The notes under the pieces: model-generated
What the model saw: only the letters and a program-made list of their open reading frames with translations
Databases searched by the model: none
Told to the model about the DNA's origin: nothing
Part shown: positions 48,909-58,416 of the stretch, piece by piece
Layout of the letters: each line of letters starts with the position of its first letter
How positions within the stretch are numbered: the first letter of the stretch is position 1
Translations under genes and position numbers: made by a program
Origin: a virus
Lineage: Duplodnaviria > Caudoviricetes
Length of the DNA: 64,000 nt
Virus record (IMG/VR): IMGVR_UViG_3300028591_000103
Coordinates: 87,639 to 151,638 of that record
Reading direction: 5' to 3' (one strand)

Positions 48909-49363
48909 AAGTGTATATTACGAAAGATATTGTATGCGAAATCATCGAAGAATTTCACAGCGGGTATCTACGAAATATGCTAAACGAAATAACAATGCTT
49001 AGTCTAGAAATAGAAAAGAAGCGTTTCTTATGGACAATTCATGTGTATCCATATTTGATTCTCGCCGAAATGTATGATAATGATGGTTTCGTGATTGCTT
49101 CCAGGACTCGTTCAATTGGTAGTAAAGAAGGCGAAATCGAAGATCTTCGAAAGTGGTGTATCGACAATTACATTATTAAAATATCATCAGATTCAATTGA
49201 CTTCAGGTACAACACTGATTACTTCACAGATTTTGCATTAGATGAAGACTGGGTTAATACCCTATTCAAAATATATGCACAAATCGTTCAAGTAAATACA
49301 GAACTATGGAAAGATGAACTGATCAAGAAAAGTCAAGAAATGAATGGCGGTGAAGAAACTTGA
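48905..49363 (+). CDS. hypothetical protein
   Basis: ATGA overlap. Confidence 0.6.
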   Translation: MKVYITKDIVCEIIEEFHSGYLRNMLNEITMLSLEIEKKRFLWTIHVYPYLILAEMYDNDGFVIASRTRSIGSKEGEIEDLRKWCIDNYIIKISSDSIDFRYNTDYFTDFALDEDWVNTLFKIYAQIVQVNTELWKDELIKKSQEMNGGEET

Positions 49364-49695
49364 ACAGAAACTTGAAAAAGTTCTTGAAAAAGCTAATTCC
49401 TCTGATATTAGCTATACTAATAATAGCGGGTGTGTCTGTAATTGTGGTATGGACGTGTACAAATATGTCAGTATCAATAGAAGATGAACTTATGACCGAC
49501 ATATTTGCACACGATTATATCAGAATTGATGGTATTGATTATCCGACAAAAGACATCAATCGTATTCAAATCGGATATGGTGCATCATACGGATATATGA
49601 CACTCAATGATGAACAAGTGATTGTGAGATTCAACTGTGGTGAATTTGTATTATATAATGAAGGAGGTTTTCCATATGGAACTGGTGTCTCATAA
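49360..49695 (+). CDS. membrane-anchored protein
   Basis: Basic N-terminus followed by hydrophobic LIPLILAILIIAGVSVIVVW. Confidence 0.65.
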   Translation: MNRNLKKFLKKLIPLILAILIIAGVSVIVVWTCTNMSVSIEDELMTDIFAHDYIRIDGIDYPTKDINRIQIGYGASYGYMTLNDEQVIVRFNCGEFVLYNEGGFPYGTGVS

Positions 49696-49945
49696 GAAAA
49701 TCATTCGACCATTCATATTCCGAGGAAAACAATGTATAGTTGTTCCGGTGTCACCACATGTCATTCGCATATTTTATGATTGCCATGTATATGATGTGAT
49801 TCTCACAGATGATGAACTGAATATCTGGAGATCATCTGGTACAGAATGGCAAAAAGAGTACATTCATAAACTTCTTGATGACAGCCTGATCGGTACTGAA
49901 GCACTTGAACGAAATGCTTCCATCTTAGATGGATATCTTGCGTGA
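49676..49945 (+). CDS. hypothetical protein
   Basis: RBS AAGGAGG. Confidence 0.6.
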   Translation: MELVSHKKIIRPFIFRGKQCIVVPVSPHVIRIFYDCHVYDVILTDDELNIWRSSGTEWQKEYIHKLLDDSLIGTEALERNASILDGYLA

Positions 49946-49960
49946 AGGAGGATAATAAAA

Positions 49961-51241
49961 ATGGAACAGAAAATGACAACCGATGAAGTGAAAAGTTTAC
50001 TTGCTCATGTGATCAAAACGATTGATCGTTGGTGGGTTAAGATGAGTGACGGTGACCACGGGTGCTTCATAAGATCAAATATACCTTGTGCCGTATATGG
50101 ATATTACGTCGAGTGGAGATACACTGCGACGAGAGACAGCAGAAATTATGTCTCTATAATCATCTCGCTTAAATATGAAGGTGATGCGGATTGCATCCAT
50201 ATAGCACTCAGAAAAATGAAAAATGGGGTATACGCAGAATATGAGCCGTTCTGTGAAATTCATGACGGAAAAGTGGATATTGCAATTTCCGATGAGACTG
50301 GTGGTTATGATGAGTGGTTCAATATATTCGGAAAAGGTTGTTTCAATGACTTGACCGATGATATTGCTACCACTGTGTATAAATTTACTGAACCGTCATA
50401 TGATGAAGAGGAGGAAAGTGTAAATATGGACGACGTATCAAAAACATTATCATTTCATGATATCCAGGACTGCATGATCAAAGCTGTACGAATCATGTTA
50501 GTTGACCGGGATACAGTTAATGAATTGATGAGACTTATAGCAACATATAAGATTGATTCTCCTGATTTAACACCGACCCAGATCAAGAACATGTTGGGTT
50601 ATTCAATTGAAGCAACTCCAAAACATGTAGTGACACGAATTATATATGATAATACATTTATAATTTGCAGTTTCATATGTGAACCAGATACACATGGGCC
50701 ACATGAATTCATAATCCGATATAATTCACGTGACACCGGATTTAAATATGAACAGGGATTCAATATTCTATACAAAAATCCTGACGACTATTGTTTTGAA
50801 TATGCTGCCGATGGTTTGAATGTAGACAAAGTGTTCAAACCGTTTGTGAATATTCTTCGCAATACATTGAATTACGAACTGTATCAGAGTTTGCCCCAGT
50901 TTCAAGATACCACGATTACAGCACCGGCAGGTCTCACGACAAAAGAGGTCTTTGTACTCGACACAAGTTATTTTGTGATCGGTGACATCTATCTGTTGGA
51001 AATCGATCCTGCATATGACTGGAGCAAGATTTCATCAACACCGGTTAAAATCCCTCGGTGGGTATATGCAATTTGTAAATATGCTCATGACGCTGCCGTT
51101 GGTTTCATGATCGGAAATATTGAGGGACGTGATGACTTGCTCGGAATCACGGTTCACGCGGATGAAATTGAGAGCGGATTGGTAACTGTCAAACGAGTTC
51201 TGATGAATGAGACTTTAATCCAAGATGTGGATGAGGAGTGA
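49961..51241 (+). CDS. hypothetical multidomain protein
   Basis: 426 aa; C-terminal LDTSYFVIGDIYLL module. Confidence 0.7.
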   Translation: MEQKMTTDEVKSLLAHVIKTIDRWWVKMSDGDHGCFIRSNIPCAVYGYYVEWRYTATRDSRNYVSIIISLKYEGDADCIHIALRKMKNGVYAEYEPFCEIHDGKVDIAISDETGGYDEWFNIFGKGCFNDLTDDIATTVYKFTEPSYDEEEESVNMDDVSKTLSFHDIQDCMIKAVRIMLVDRDTVNELMRLIATYKIDSPDLTPTQIKNMLGYSIEATPKHVVTRIIYDNTFIICSFICEPDTHGPHEFIIRYNSRDTGFKYEQGFNILYKNPDDYCFEYAADGLNVDKVFKPFVNILRNTLNYELYQSLPQFQDTTITAPAGLTTKEVFVLDTSYFVIGDIYLLEIDPAYDWSKISSTPVKIPRWVYAICKYAHDAAVGFMIGNIEGRDDLLGITVHADEIESGLVTVKRVLMNETLIQDVDEE

Positions 51242-51245
51242 TATC

Positions 51246-52046
51246 ATGAATAACAAAAAAGAATACGGTGATGGTCTGGAAGTATTGAGCACGAATGAAT
51301 TGCTCAACGTATTGATCACTGAACTCAACCAACTCCGGATGTTCTGGCGAAAGTTCTTTAATGCAAAATTTGATTGTCTTGACGAAGATGATGCTGATGC
51401 AGACATAACGTTCAATATCGATTACGCACAGAACGGATTCACAATTGATATACAAAATAATGGATTCTATGTGTGTCAACTCGAATATGTGTGGGCAGGT
51501 GGTGCAAATGCAAACATGTTAAACATTAACATGTTGAATAGCGGAACCGGTGAATTGCAGGATCGGTACAAAGGCATTTGTATGCGAGAAAACGACTGTC
51601 CCAAACTGAATTACTGGGATGAGAGTGAGTTGAAGGCAGCCACATCCCAAGGATACAAATATCTTTGGGATTTCATGTCTCGACTGTACATTTCGATCCA
51701 AGAGGCAATGCGGGATAAATGGGCTAAGTCTCAGAAGATCGAGGAAGATATGAAACATTCAAAATACAACGGTATTATCTCCCGTCCGATCTTTGATCCA
51801 CAATTCCTTGAGCCTGGTGCACTCATCCAAATCTATATCAAAGATGACTCCGCGCTCCAACAACCACCGATGATGTTTAAGAAAGGATATTTCTACAATG
51901 CATTTGTAATCGAACAAACCGACTATAATACCAAACTGAAAGTCATTTGTATTGATCATCGTGGTAGTGACAGGAAAGCAACAAATGTGACATTCTCTGT
52001 GAAAGATGTTACATCTGAAAAGATTGAGATTATTCGTGTGAAGTGA
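51246..52046 (+). CDS. hypothetical multidomain protein
   Basis: C-terminal FDPQFLEPGALIQI module. Confidence 0.7.
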   Translation: MNNKKEYGDGLEVLSTNELLNVLITELNQLRMFWRKFFNAKFDCLDEDDADADITFNIDYAQNGFTIDIQNNGFYVCQLEYVWAGGANANMLNINMLNSGTGELQDRYKGICMRENDCPKLNYWDESELKAATSQGYKYLWDFMSRLYISIQEAMRDKWAKSQKIEEDMKHSKYNGIISRPIFDPQFLEPGALIQIYIKDDSALQQPPMMFKKGYFYNAFVIEQTDYNTKLKVICIDHRGSDRKATNVTFSVKDVTSEKIEIIRVK

Positions 52047-52057
52047 GGTGAATATAA

Positions 52058-52459
52058 TTGAGACCGTATATTACACAAGTGACTGGTTTTGTAAAAAATG
52101 CTTTCATCCCGGGTGAAGCATATCGGATCCAGCTGAAAACTGAAAGCGCTGTACGCAATTCTATCGATTGTGATTTGTGGGATGACATATCATCCCATAG
52201 AATAGGCTCTATGACAAAAGCGAAATTGCTTGATGCCATGGAAAAAGGTATTGCTGCAATCTTCCTAGGATTTGAAGAAAACCAAACGATTGCGGTGTTC
52301 GAAACATATGGAATCGAAGCTGCTGGCGAGCATAATCTCAGAGCAACATCACCGGATGAGCTTCGAATTAATGCAAGAGATTATGCGAACGGCGATTGTC
52401 ATCACGGGGATTTCGACATTTATATTGATCGATTAATAATCGATGATCATAATGAATAA
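52058..52459 (+). CDS. hypothetical protein
   Basis: TTG start, RBS GAGGTGA; AFIPGEAYRI module. Confidence 0.6.
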   Translation: MRPYITQVTGFVKNAFIPGEAYRIQLKTESAVRNSIDCDLWDDISSHRIGSMTKAKLLDAMEKGIAAIFLGFEENQTIAVFETYGIEAAGEHNLRATSPDELRINARDYANGDCHHGDFDIYIDRLIIDDHNE

Positions 52460-52468
52460 TGTAATAAG

Positions 52469-52496
52469 GACCCCGATATCGGGGTCTTTTTTTTTT
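52469..52496 (+). terminator. intrinsic terminator
   Basis: gaccccga-ta-tcggggtc followed by a long T run. Confidence 0.85.
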
Positions 52497-52607
52497 ATTT
52501 TTTTTCACATATGTATTATTCAAGTGCATTCCGGATAAATCGTTTTCTTATATTCAGATTTGTCCGAAACTGATTCATACTATAATTTTTAGAAAGGTGG
52601 AAACCCA

Positions 52608-53975
52608 ATGGCCATCAAAAAGAAAACAACACCGCTTGAGGAAGACATGAGTAAACTGAGCTTCATGACAATTGTGTCAGGTGGTGGTTCTTCACGAGTA
52701 TTCTCGAAAAACACACTTGTTGATTATTCATACAAGACAGGTATTCCGATTATCGATTATGCACTCGGATACGAAGTTAATGTATTCGACGGAGATAAAT
52801 TCGTGAAGAAAAGAACATGTCTTGGTTTACAAGCAGGATCGTTCAATGTTGTCACAGGACGAACACAATCTTGGAAGACCACGATATGCATTCAGATGGT
52901 TGCAAATATTGCATATAATTATGGAGGTAACATTGTTCATTACGATGCAGAACAGAGATTGGTTCTGCAACGTGCAAAGACATTATCGAAACTTCCTGGT
53001 GATTGGTTCTCTGGCGATTATCCGAGATATTCTCTGAGATCCGGTGCAATCGGCTTCGATACTTTACAGAATGACATCGCGGAGATTTATGCGAATAAAA
53101 TGAAGAATAAACAATATCTTTTGAAGGATACTGGTGAAGTGGATGATCAGAATCAACCAATTAAACTGATGCCACCCACCATTATCTTCTTAGATTCATT
53201 ACAAGATGTCATTGAGAAAGAATACAATGTTGATGATAAGAAATGGGTCGAAGATTCGAAAGAGCTTCGTGGTAATATGTATGGTGCACAATCCGCAAAA
53301 ACCATTCGTGGTCTATTGACAGATTGTCTGCCAATGTTAAAGGAGGCAAATATTATTCTGTTGGCAATTGCTCATAAAACTGCCAACATGGCACTGAATC
53401 CATTTGCTGGTGTTAAGAAACAATTCCAGTATGGTGCTAATGATGAAAGAATCTCTGGCGGTTCTTCTGTTGAATTCAATGCTTCTTCTGTATTGAATTT
53501 CTCCGGACTGGTATCTGAAGATTCCCGTTATCATGAAGCGTCCGATGGATTCGAAGGAAACACTGTTCTGTTTGAACCGACAAAGTGTTCTACCAATGAA
53601 TCTGGTAATGCCAAGACAGGCCTCGGATTCAATATCATTATTGATAAACGAAAAGAGGGTGTTGATAATATTCGAACACTGATTGAATATCTCAGACAGA
53701 AAGGACGGTTGAAAGGTAATAAAGCAGGTTATCGCGTGATCGATAAGAATGGTGAACCAATCTCCGAGAAGTTCACTTGGAAGACATGTTACGATGACTT
53801 CAAGAAAGACATCGCATCATACAAAATTTTCATGGAAACTGCTAAGGAGGAACTTGAGAAACTGATCTCGAAAGCACCGATCGATGTCATGGGAACGATT
53901 CGTCCGTTTGATATGGATAGTATGATCAATGAATTGTCAACTCAGATTGTTGATGATCTGAAAGAAGCTGCTTAA
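52608..53975 (+). CDS. RecA/UvsX-like recombinase
   Basis: KTGIPIIDYALG, Walker A GRTQSWKTT, YDAE, Walker B IIFLDSL, GG..FNAS. Confidence 0.85.
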   Translation: MAIKKKTTPLEEDMSKLSFMTIVSGGGSSRVFSKNTLVDYSYKTGIPIIDYALGYEVNVFDGDKFVKKRTCLGLQAGSFNVVTGRTQSWKTTICIQMVANIAYNYGGNIVHYDAEQRLVLQRAKTLSKLPGDWFSGDYPRYSLRSGAIGFDTLQNDIAEIYANKMKNKQYLLKDTGEVDDQNQPIKLMPPTIIFLDSLQDVIEKEYNVDDKKWVEDSKELRGNMYGAQSAKTIRGLLTDCLPMLKEANIILLAIAHKTANMALNPFAGVKKQFQYGANDERISGGSSVEFNASSVLNFSGLVSEDSRYHEASDGFEGNTVLFEPTKCSTNESGNAKTGLGFNIIIDKRKEGVDNIRTLIEYLRQKGRLKGNKAGYRVIDKNGEPISEKFTWKTCYDDFKKDIASYKIFMETAKEELEKLISKAPIDVMGTIRPFDMDSMINELSTQIVDDLKEAA

Positions 53976-53984
53976 TAATGTTAC

Positions 53985-54023
53985 GAATTCACCCCGTGTC
54001 TACGGGGTGAATTCTTTTCTTTT
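53985..54023 (+). terminator. intrinsic terminator
   Basis: gaattcaccccgt-gtct-acggggtgaattc followed by a T run. Confidence 0.8.
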
Positions 54024-54042
54024 ACTTGAAAGGAGAATGAAA

Positions 54043-54387
54043 ATGGGTAACGTTGAGGAAACGAAGGAAACTATAACAAAGCATCTTGGTAAGACGGGAT
54101 TGCGTGATATTACAGTATCTGATCTCGATCCAAAGTTCTTCAAGATTGGAGATCTTTATGTGCTGAGAGTCAAATATTCTGCTTTTCGTGATGATATTAT
54201 TTGTGGAATCTGCGATGATTTCTACAAGGTTGCTGATGAAAGTATCCATCATGCATCTATTCGGTATCTCGAAAAAGATGAGTATGATAAATTCATTGAA
54301 AATAGCTTTGTAATCAAACCTGAAGATATTCTAAGCGGTGAGGTTTCGATATTGGATAGAATTAATGAAGATAAGTATAAAGGGTGA
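54043..54387 (+). CDS. hypothetical small beta-barrel family protein
   Basis: LDPKFFKIGDLYVL..IKPEDILSGEV. Confidence 0.65.
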   Translation: MGNVEETKETITKHLGKTGLRDITVSDLDPKFFKIGDLYVLRVKYSAFRDDIICGICDDFYKVADESIHHASIRYLEKDEYDKFIENSFVIKPEDILSGEVSILDRINEDKYKG

Positions 54388-54992
54388 TAATGATGAAAGA
54401 ATTCTTTGAAAAGATTTCATATGGATGGTACATAGCAAGTGGTTGTATCATACTCATTACAATTATTCTTTATTTCTTATTGCATCCAACGTATTACACC
54501 GCGGAAGTCAAAACAATTCAATGGGAATACAATGTTCATATCGAAGAATTCGTTGTAGAACATCACACGAATGAGAGATCAAAACCGAGTGATGCATATA
54601 ATGTGGATAGACATCATCATACACATACGAAGACATATACTGATTCGGATGGTAAAACACATACGAAAACAGAAACCGAAACTCGATATGATTATGATGT
54701 AAATCGTTGGAAAGAAACTCGTCGTGTTCAAAAGACCGGTTACGACCACGAACCATATTATGGTGAATACACATTAAAGGAAACGAATGATCCGGATGGA
54801 ATCGGTGCAGAACGTGTGGGACATTATTCTGAAATATATACTGCTCAATGTCTGTTATTAAATTCAGATGATACGAATCTGAAGGACATAGTAATCTCAA
54901 GAAGTATCTGGGATCGATTGAAGATTGGTGATCAGTTGAATTTCAAAGAATCACGAGCACGAGATCCATATGAAATCACAATAGCGGAATAA
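54384..54992 (+). CDS. membrane-anchored extracytoplasmic protein
   Basis: N-terminal TM helix followed by a His/Thr-rich beta region. Confidence 0.7.
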   Translation: MIMMKEFFEKISYGWYIASGCIILITIILYFLLHPTYYTAEVKTIQWEYNVHIEEFVVEHHTNERSKPSDAYNVDRHHHTHTKTYTDSDGKTHTKTETETRYDYDVNRWKETRRVQKTGYDHEPYYGEYTLKETNDPDGIGAERVGHYSEIYTAQCLLLNSDDTNLKDIVISRSIWDRLKIGDQLNFKESRARDPYEITIAE

Positions 54993-55004
54993 AACAAAAA
55001 AAAA

Positions 55005-55029
55005 AGAAGCGGCCGTTATGGCCGCTTCT
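55005..55029. terminator. bidirectional terminator
   Basis: agaagcggcc-gttat-ggccgcttct flanked by A and T runs. Confidence 0.8.
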
Positions 55030-55143
55030 CTTTGATGATATTGAGGAATCTTATGATAAGACCCTCTGCTGCAGCTATTGCTGCACAGAAGGCGACGAAT
55101 TTAAACACAGCCTTCATGTCTTTTACTTTTTTCATTTTTTTTT

Positions 55144-55545
55144 TCACCTCCGTGTGGTAAAATCTGATTTGGTGGTACAAACAACTTTGCCATTCGGATA
55201 GCAGAAGCCGGAAACAATTTCATCACCGATGAAATAATTCTCTGGAATCTGGTCGACAACTGCTTGAAGTGCAATACGGACAGCTTCGCGTAATACTTCA
55301 CGGCCATAATTCTTAATGGTATCGTCATATGTCTGGCACCCATCTTTGTCAGGAAACTCGAAAACAAAGATGCCGTTTCTGTACAGGATTGACATCTTTT
55401 TGTCGGGCTTTCCGATGACAGGGCAAAACCATTCATGCCCATTGACATCAATTCCTTGTTCTTTCGAATTGGCATATAATGTGAAATGTTTCAGAGTAAG
55501 ACCCGGAAATTCAGCATGCATTTTATTAGTAATCGTTTCTTTCAT
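55144..55545 (-). CDS. hypothetical early protein
   Basis: RBS GAAAGGAAGG; second gene of promoter cassette copy 2. Confidence 0.65.
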   Translation of the reverse strand: MKETITNKMHAEFPGLTLKHFTLYANSKEQGIDVNGHEWFCPVIGKPDKKMSILYRNGIFVFEFPDKDGCQTYDDTIKNYGREVLREAVRIALQAVVDQIPENYFIGDEIVSGFCYPNGKVVCTTKSDFTTRR

Positions 55546-55562
55546 GATTACCCTTCCTTTCG

Positions 55563-55952
55563 TTAGAACAATTCTACCGGCGTATAGATGCCGACACGTG
55601 CGTAACGGATGCGCTCGCGCACCCGTTCAGTTTCTTCTCTGGCGGTCTGCACTGCTGCCGGATTGGTAAACCGCGCAGCAAATTCATCCGCCTGACTTTC
55701 GGAAATTGACGGGATGATCACGTGCGCCAGTTCGTGACACATGATCACCCGAATGCTCTCATTCGAGAGCGTGTTGCAGTCATCCTCGATGAGGACAACA
55801 TACCGATTTGTCGTGTCTGCGAAGGCGCAGACACTGGCAATGTCGTTAGCTTCAGCTTCTGCACGTGTGCAGGCGAATACTTCAACTTTGTGCATTTTGA
55901 ATAGCATGTAGAGGTCAAATTGTTTTTCAAGCGATAATCTCGTAAGTTTCAT
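55563..55952 (-). CDS. small HExxH zinc metallopeptidase-like protein (ImmA/IrrE-like)
   Basis: IMCHELAHV...ESQADEFA. Confidence 0.7.
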   Translation of the reverse strand: MKLTRLSLEKQFDLYMLFKMHKVEVFACTRAEAEANDIASVCAFADTTNRYVVLIEDDCNTLSNESIRVIMCHELAHVIIPSISESQADEFAARFTNPAAVQTAREETERVRERIRYARVGIYTPVELF

Positions 55953-56049
55953 GGTAATCCTTCACTTTCTCTCACAATTATCGGCTGTGAGCAACCATCA
56001 AAAGCTTATTTTTTTTTATCGAATAGAATCATTCATTATTCAATTATCT

Positions 56050-56082
56050 TCTATTCATATTAATTATATATATATGAAAAAC
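56050..56082 (-). promoter_or_regulatory. 33-bp early promoter-like repeat, copy 2
   Basis: Identical to 16009-16041. Confidence 0.8.
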
Positions 56083-56086
56083 GAGA

Positions 56087-56109
56087 ATGCTGCCCCATTG
56101 GGGCAGCAT
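56087..56109 (-). terminator. terminator hairpin
   Basis: atgctgcccc-att-ggggcagcat. Confidence 0.7.
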
Positions 56110-56114
56110 ACAAA

Positions 56115-56813
56115 TTAATCGTCAAATGGGTCTACATAACATTCTTGTTTGATATTTTCATCAAACTTTTCAGGAACTTCCTTGATGAGTTTGGAATAAC
56201 CTGGCTGTGCTTTAATGACATCATCCAGCTCAACAGGTTTCTTTCTACCGCCTAAATATGCAACATCAATCTGATTCGTATATGGTAACCAATATGTTTT
56301 ATACCCATGGATATGACCATGAATATTCAATCGGTTATTGTTCTTACACGGCATATGAGAAAACAGAATATTCTGATATACAAATTTTGGTGTGATGTAT
56401 TTAAATCCATTTGACAGATAATATTCGTCATCAAACAGATCATTATTTCCACGAACCATAATCTTTGTACCCGGCAATGATTTCAATACCTCACCAAGTT
56501 CTTTTTTCTTCTCACATTGACCATCAACAAGATCTCCGAGATATATCACGAGATCAGATGGATTTACAGTACGATTATAAGAATTTATAATAGCATTGAA
56601 ATCAGAACGTTGGTACACAGTTTTCGTTTTCTTGTCAAACATCCACAGATGCCAATCTGTGCATAACCATACTTTGTTTCCATCATCTAATGTCTTTTTA
56701 ATCAGATTACTTATTTGAGAAGATAATTCTGTTTTGGATTCTTTGATATCTTGCTCGACTTCATCTTCATGCTTTCGAGAATATTCTGTAATGACTCGAT
56801 TAAAGAAATTCAT
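56115..56813 (-). CDS. calcineurin-like metallophosphoesterase
   Basis: TDWH, YLGD, RGNND, FSHMP, NIHGHIH. Confidence 0.85.
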   Translation of the reverse strand: MNFFNRVITEYSRKHEDEVEQDIKESKTELSSQISNLIKKTLDDGNKVWLCTDWHLWMFDKKTKTVYQRSDFNAIINSYNRTVNPSDLVIYLGDLVDGQCEKKKELGEVLKSLPGTKIMVRGNNDLFDDEYYLSNGFKYITPKFVYQNILFSHMPCKNNNRLNIHGHIHGYKTYWLPYTNQIDVAYLGGRKKPVELDDVIKAQPGYSKLIKEVPEKFDENIKQECYVDPFDD

Positions 56814-56911
56814 ATGAACACAACCTTTCTACGAGAATTCGTTATGTTCCAGTAATTCCATGTAAAAAAGAAAAAAAAGACGGAGTGTTATTACACACCC
56901 CGTCTACGTAC

Positions 56912-57106
56912 TTAGTCCCCTGTGTAGTTCCACAGGGAACCATAAAACTTTCTGATAGCTTCATACTCTTCGCGAGTAATCAGGCCATCATCGAGTGCAT
57001 GCCCAAAGGCGTCACACCTCGACATCTGTACCGGAACGTCGTTGTAGCGACGTTCGAAGTCGCGATACATTGCATGAATATCATAGGAAGATAACTCTCT
57101 GCTCAT
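56912..57106 (-). CDS. hypothetical early protein
   Basis: RBS AAGGAGG; ATGA overlap; ends GSLWNYTGD. Confidence 0.65.
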   Translation of the reverse strand: MSRELSSYDIHAMYRDFERRYNDVPVQMSRCDAFGHALDDGLITREEYEAIRKFYGSLWNYTGD

Positions 57107-57399
57107 TTCAGTTCCTCCTTCCATGAGTTTATGAAGTTTGCTCCTTGCCGGAGCGTTCTGACGCGTTTCTCGCTCGTCATGAACATCATAAGCAGCTCAT
57201 CGTAGTTGTCCGTCGTGTTGTCGGTCACCGAATACACTGCCTGACGACATTCGTTGCTGGTGTGATCAGTATTCCCGAATCTGGTGATCACATCCTTCGC
57301 CAGGTTGATGAATGCTTCTTCGGAATTGATGGCGACAGCCAATGCCACCATGAGATTTTGTATGTCGTGACACACTCTTGTTATTTCAGCATTGTTCAT
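57103..57399 (-). CDS. hypothetical early protein (cassette cargo)
   Basis: Start MNNAEITR after AGAAAGTGAGGGG. Confidence 0.65.
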   Translation of the reverse strand: MNNAEITRVCHDIQNLMVALAVAINSEEAFINLAKDVITRFGNTDHTSNECRQAVYSVTDNTTDNYDELLMMFMTSEKRVRTLRQGANFINSWKEELK

Positions 57400-57532
57400 G
57401 GTTCCCCTCACTTTCTCCTCTTTCGAGGTTTAAATATTTTTGAGTCTTAAGACTCATCTATTAATGAATGAGGAAACATCTTCATCAGGTTCTGTATTTA
57501 CCCATTTTATGAAGTTGATTTTCACAAGGAAA

Positions 57533-57589
57533 TTATTCGCAGATTATTTCCACATCTACTGGAATCGGAATTCTTACGATTTCACTCAT
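57533..57589 (-). CDS. 18-aa micropeptide MSEIVRIPIPVDVEIICE
   Basis: RBS GGAGGTGA; homolog of 16077-16133. Confidence 0.75.
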   Translation of the reverse strand: MSEIVRIPIPVDVEIICE

Positions 57590-57630
57590 GATTATCACCT
57601 CCATTCAATTCCCTGCAGAAGATGATTTCC

Positions 57631-57663
57631 TCTATTCATATTAATTATATATATATGAAAAAC
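57631..57663 (-). promoter_or_regulatory. 33-bp early promoter-like repeat, copy 3
   Basis: Identical to 16009-16041. Confidence 0.8.
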
Positions 57664-57684
57664 GGGTTTCATGAATAAAAAAAA

Positions 57685-57705
57685 ATGGGGGACATAGTCC
57701 CCCAT
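57685..57705 (-). terminator. intrinsic terminator
   Basis: atgggggac-tat-gtcccccat followed by a T run on the - strand. Confidence 0.8.
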
Positions 57706-57714
57706 GCATACTCG

Positions 57715-58416
57715 TCATTTACGCATTTTTATTTCCGCAATCAATCCACGGACTTTGTTGAAGTGTGATGTCACTTTGTTTTTACTTTTATTATCAATCC
57801 CAGCAAGATGATGTTTCAACGCGGAATCGAACAGCTCAACATCAGCACCACGAAGTGTTACCAAGTTCATGATACGGGTGTGTTTTTCCAAAGATAATCC
57901 GAGTTCTATAAGCCATTTCTCAAAGTTATCCGGTAAACTCGGCATGAATACATTACCTGCGGCAAGCCATGATGTCAAAAACATGTGATCGGGCAGATCC
58001 TCAAGACTGGTAATGGAATCATCCTCATCATTGACAACAGGAGGTATAGGATGAGATGACACAACCTCAATCCACCCACCACTTGCTGCAATATAACCTT
58101 TTTCTTCGAGAGATGTCCCAGTCAGAAAATATCTGAGTATTTGTGTATGTCCTTTATCTCGAAGAAATGTTGTTTGTGGATTAAAAACCGGATCAGTGTT
58201 TGCAAGATATACACGACCACCAGCCGCATCACAAGCTTTCCACATTTCGTACACATACGTTGTATCTTTTTCAATTTCTTCGAGAAAATATGCATGCAGC
58301 TGATCTCTCTCGGAAGGATTGAAAAGATAACCGTCAATTGTTGTAAAATCTCCTGTAAACGCGTCATTGATTTTGACAGGAATTTTGATAACAACCGGAG
58401 TTCCTTTAGTTGGCAT
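57715..58416 (-). CDS. hypothetical protein
   Basis: RBS GGAGGTGA, start MPTKG. Confidence 0.7.
   Translation of the reverse strand: MPTKGTPVVIKIPVKINDAFTGDFTTIDGYLFNPSERDQLHAYFLEEIEKDTTYVYEMWKACDAAGGRVYLANTDPVFNPQTTFLRDKGHTQILRYFLTGTSLEEKGYIAASGGWIEVVSSHPIPPVVNDEDDSITSLEDLPDHMFLTSWLAAGNVFMPSLPDNFEKWLIELGLSLEKHTRIMNLVTLRGADVELFDSALKHHLAGIDNKSKNKVTSHFNKVRGLIAEIKMRK

Noticed and set aside
55101-55475. 124-aa ORF overlapping 55144-55545 in another frame
   Set aside because: No RBS; the 133-aa frame has a strong RBS
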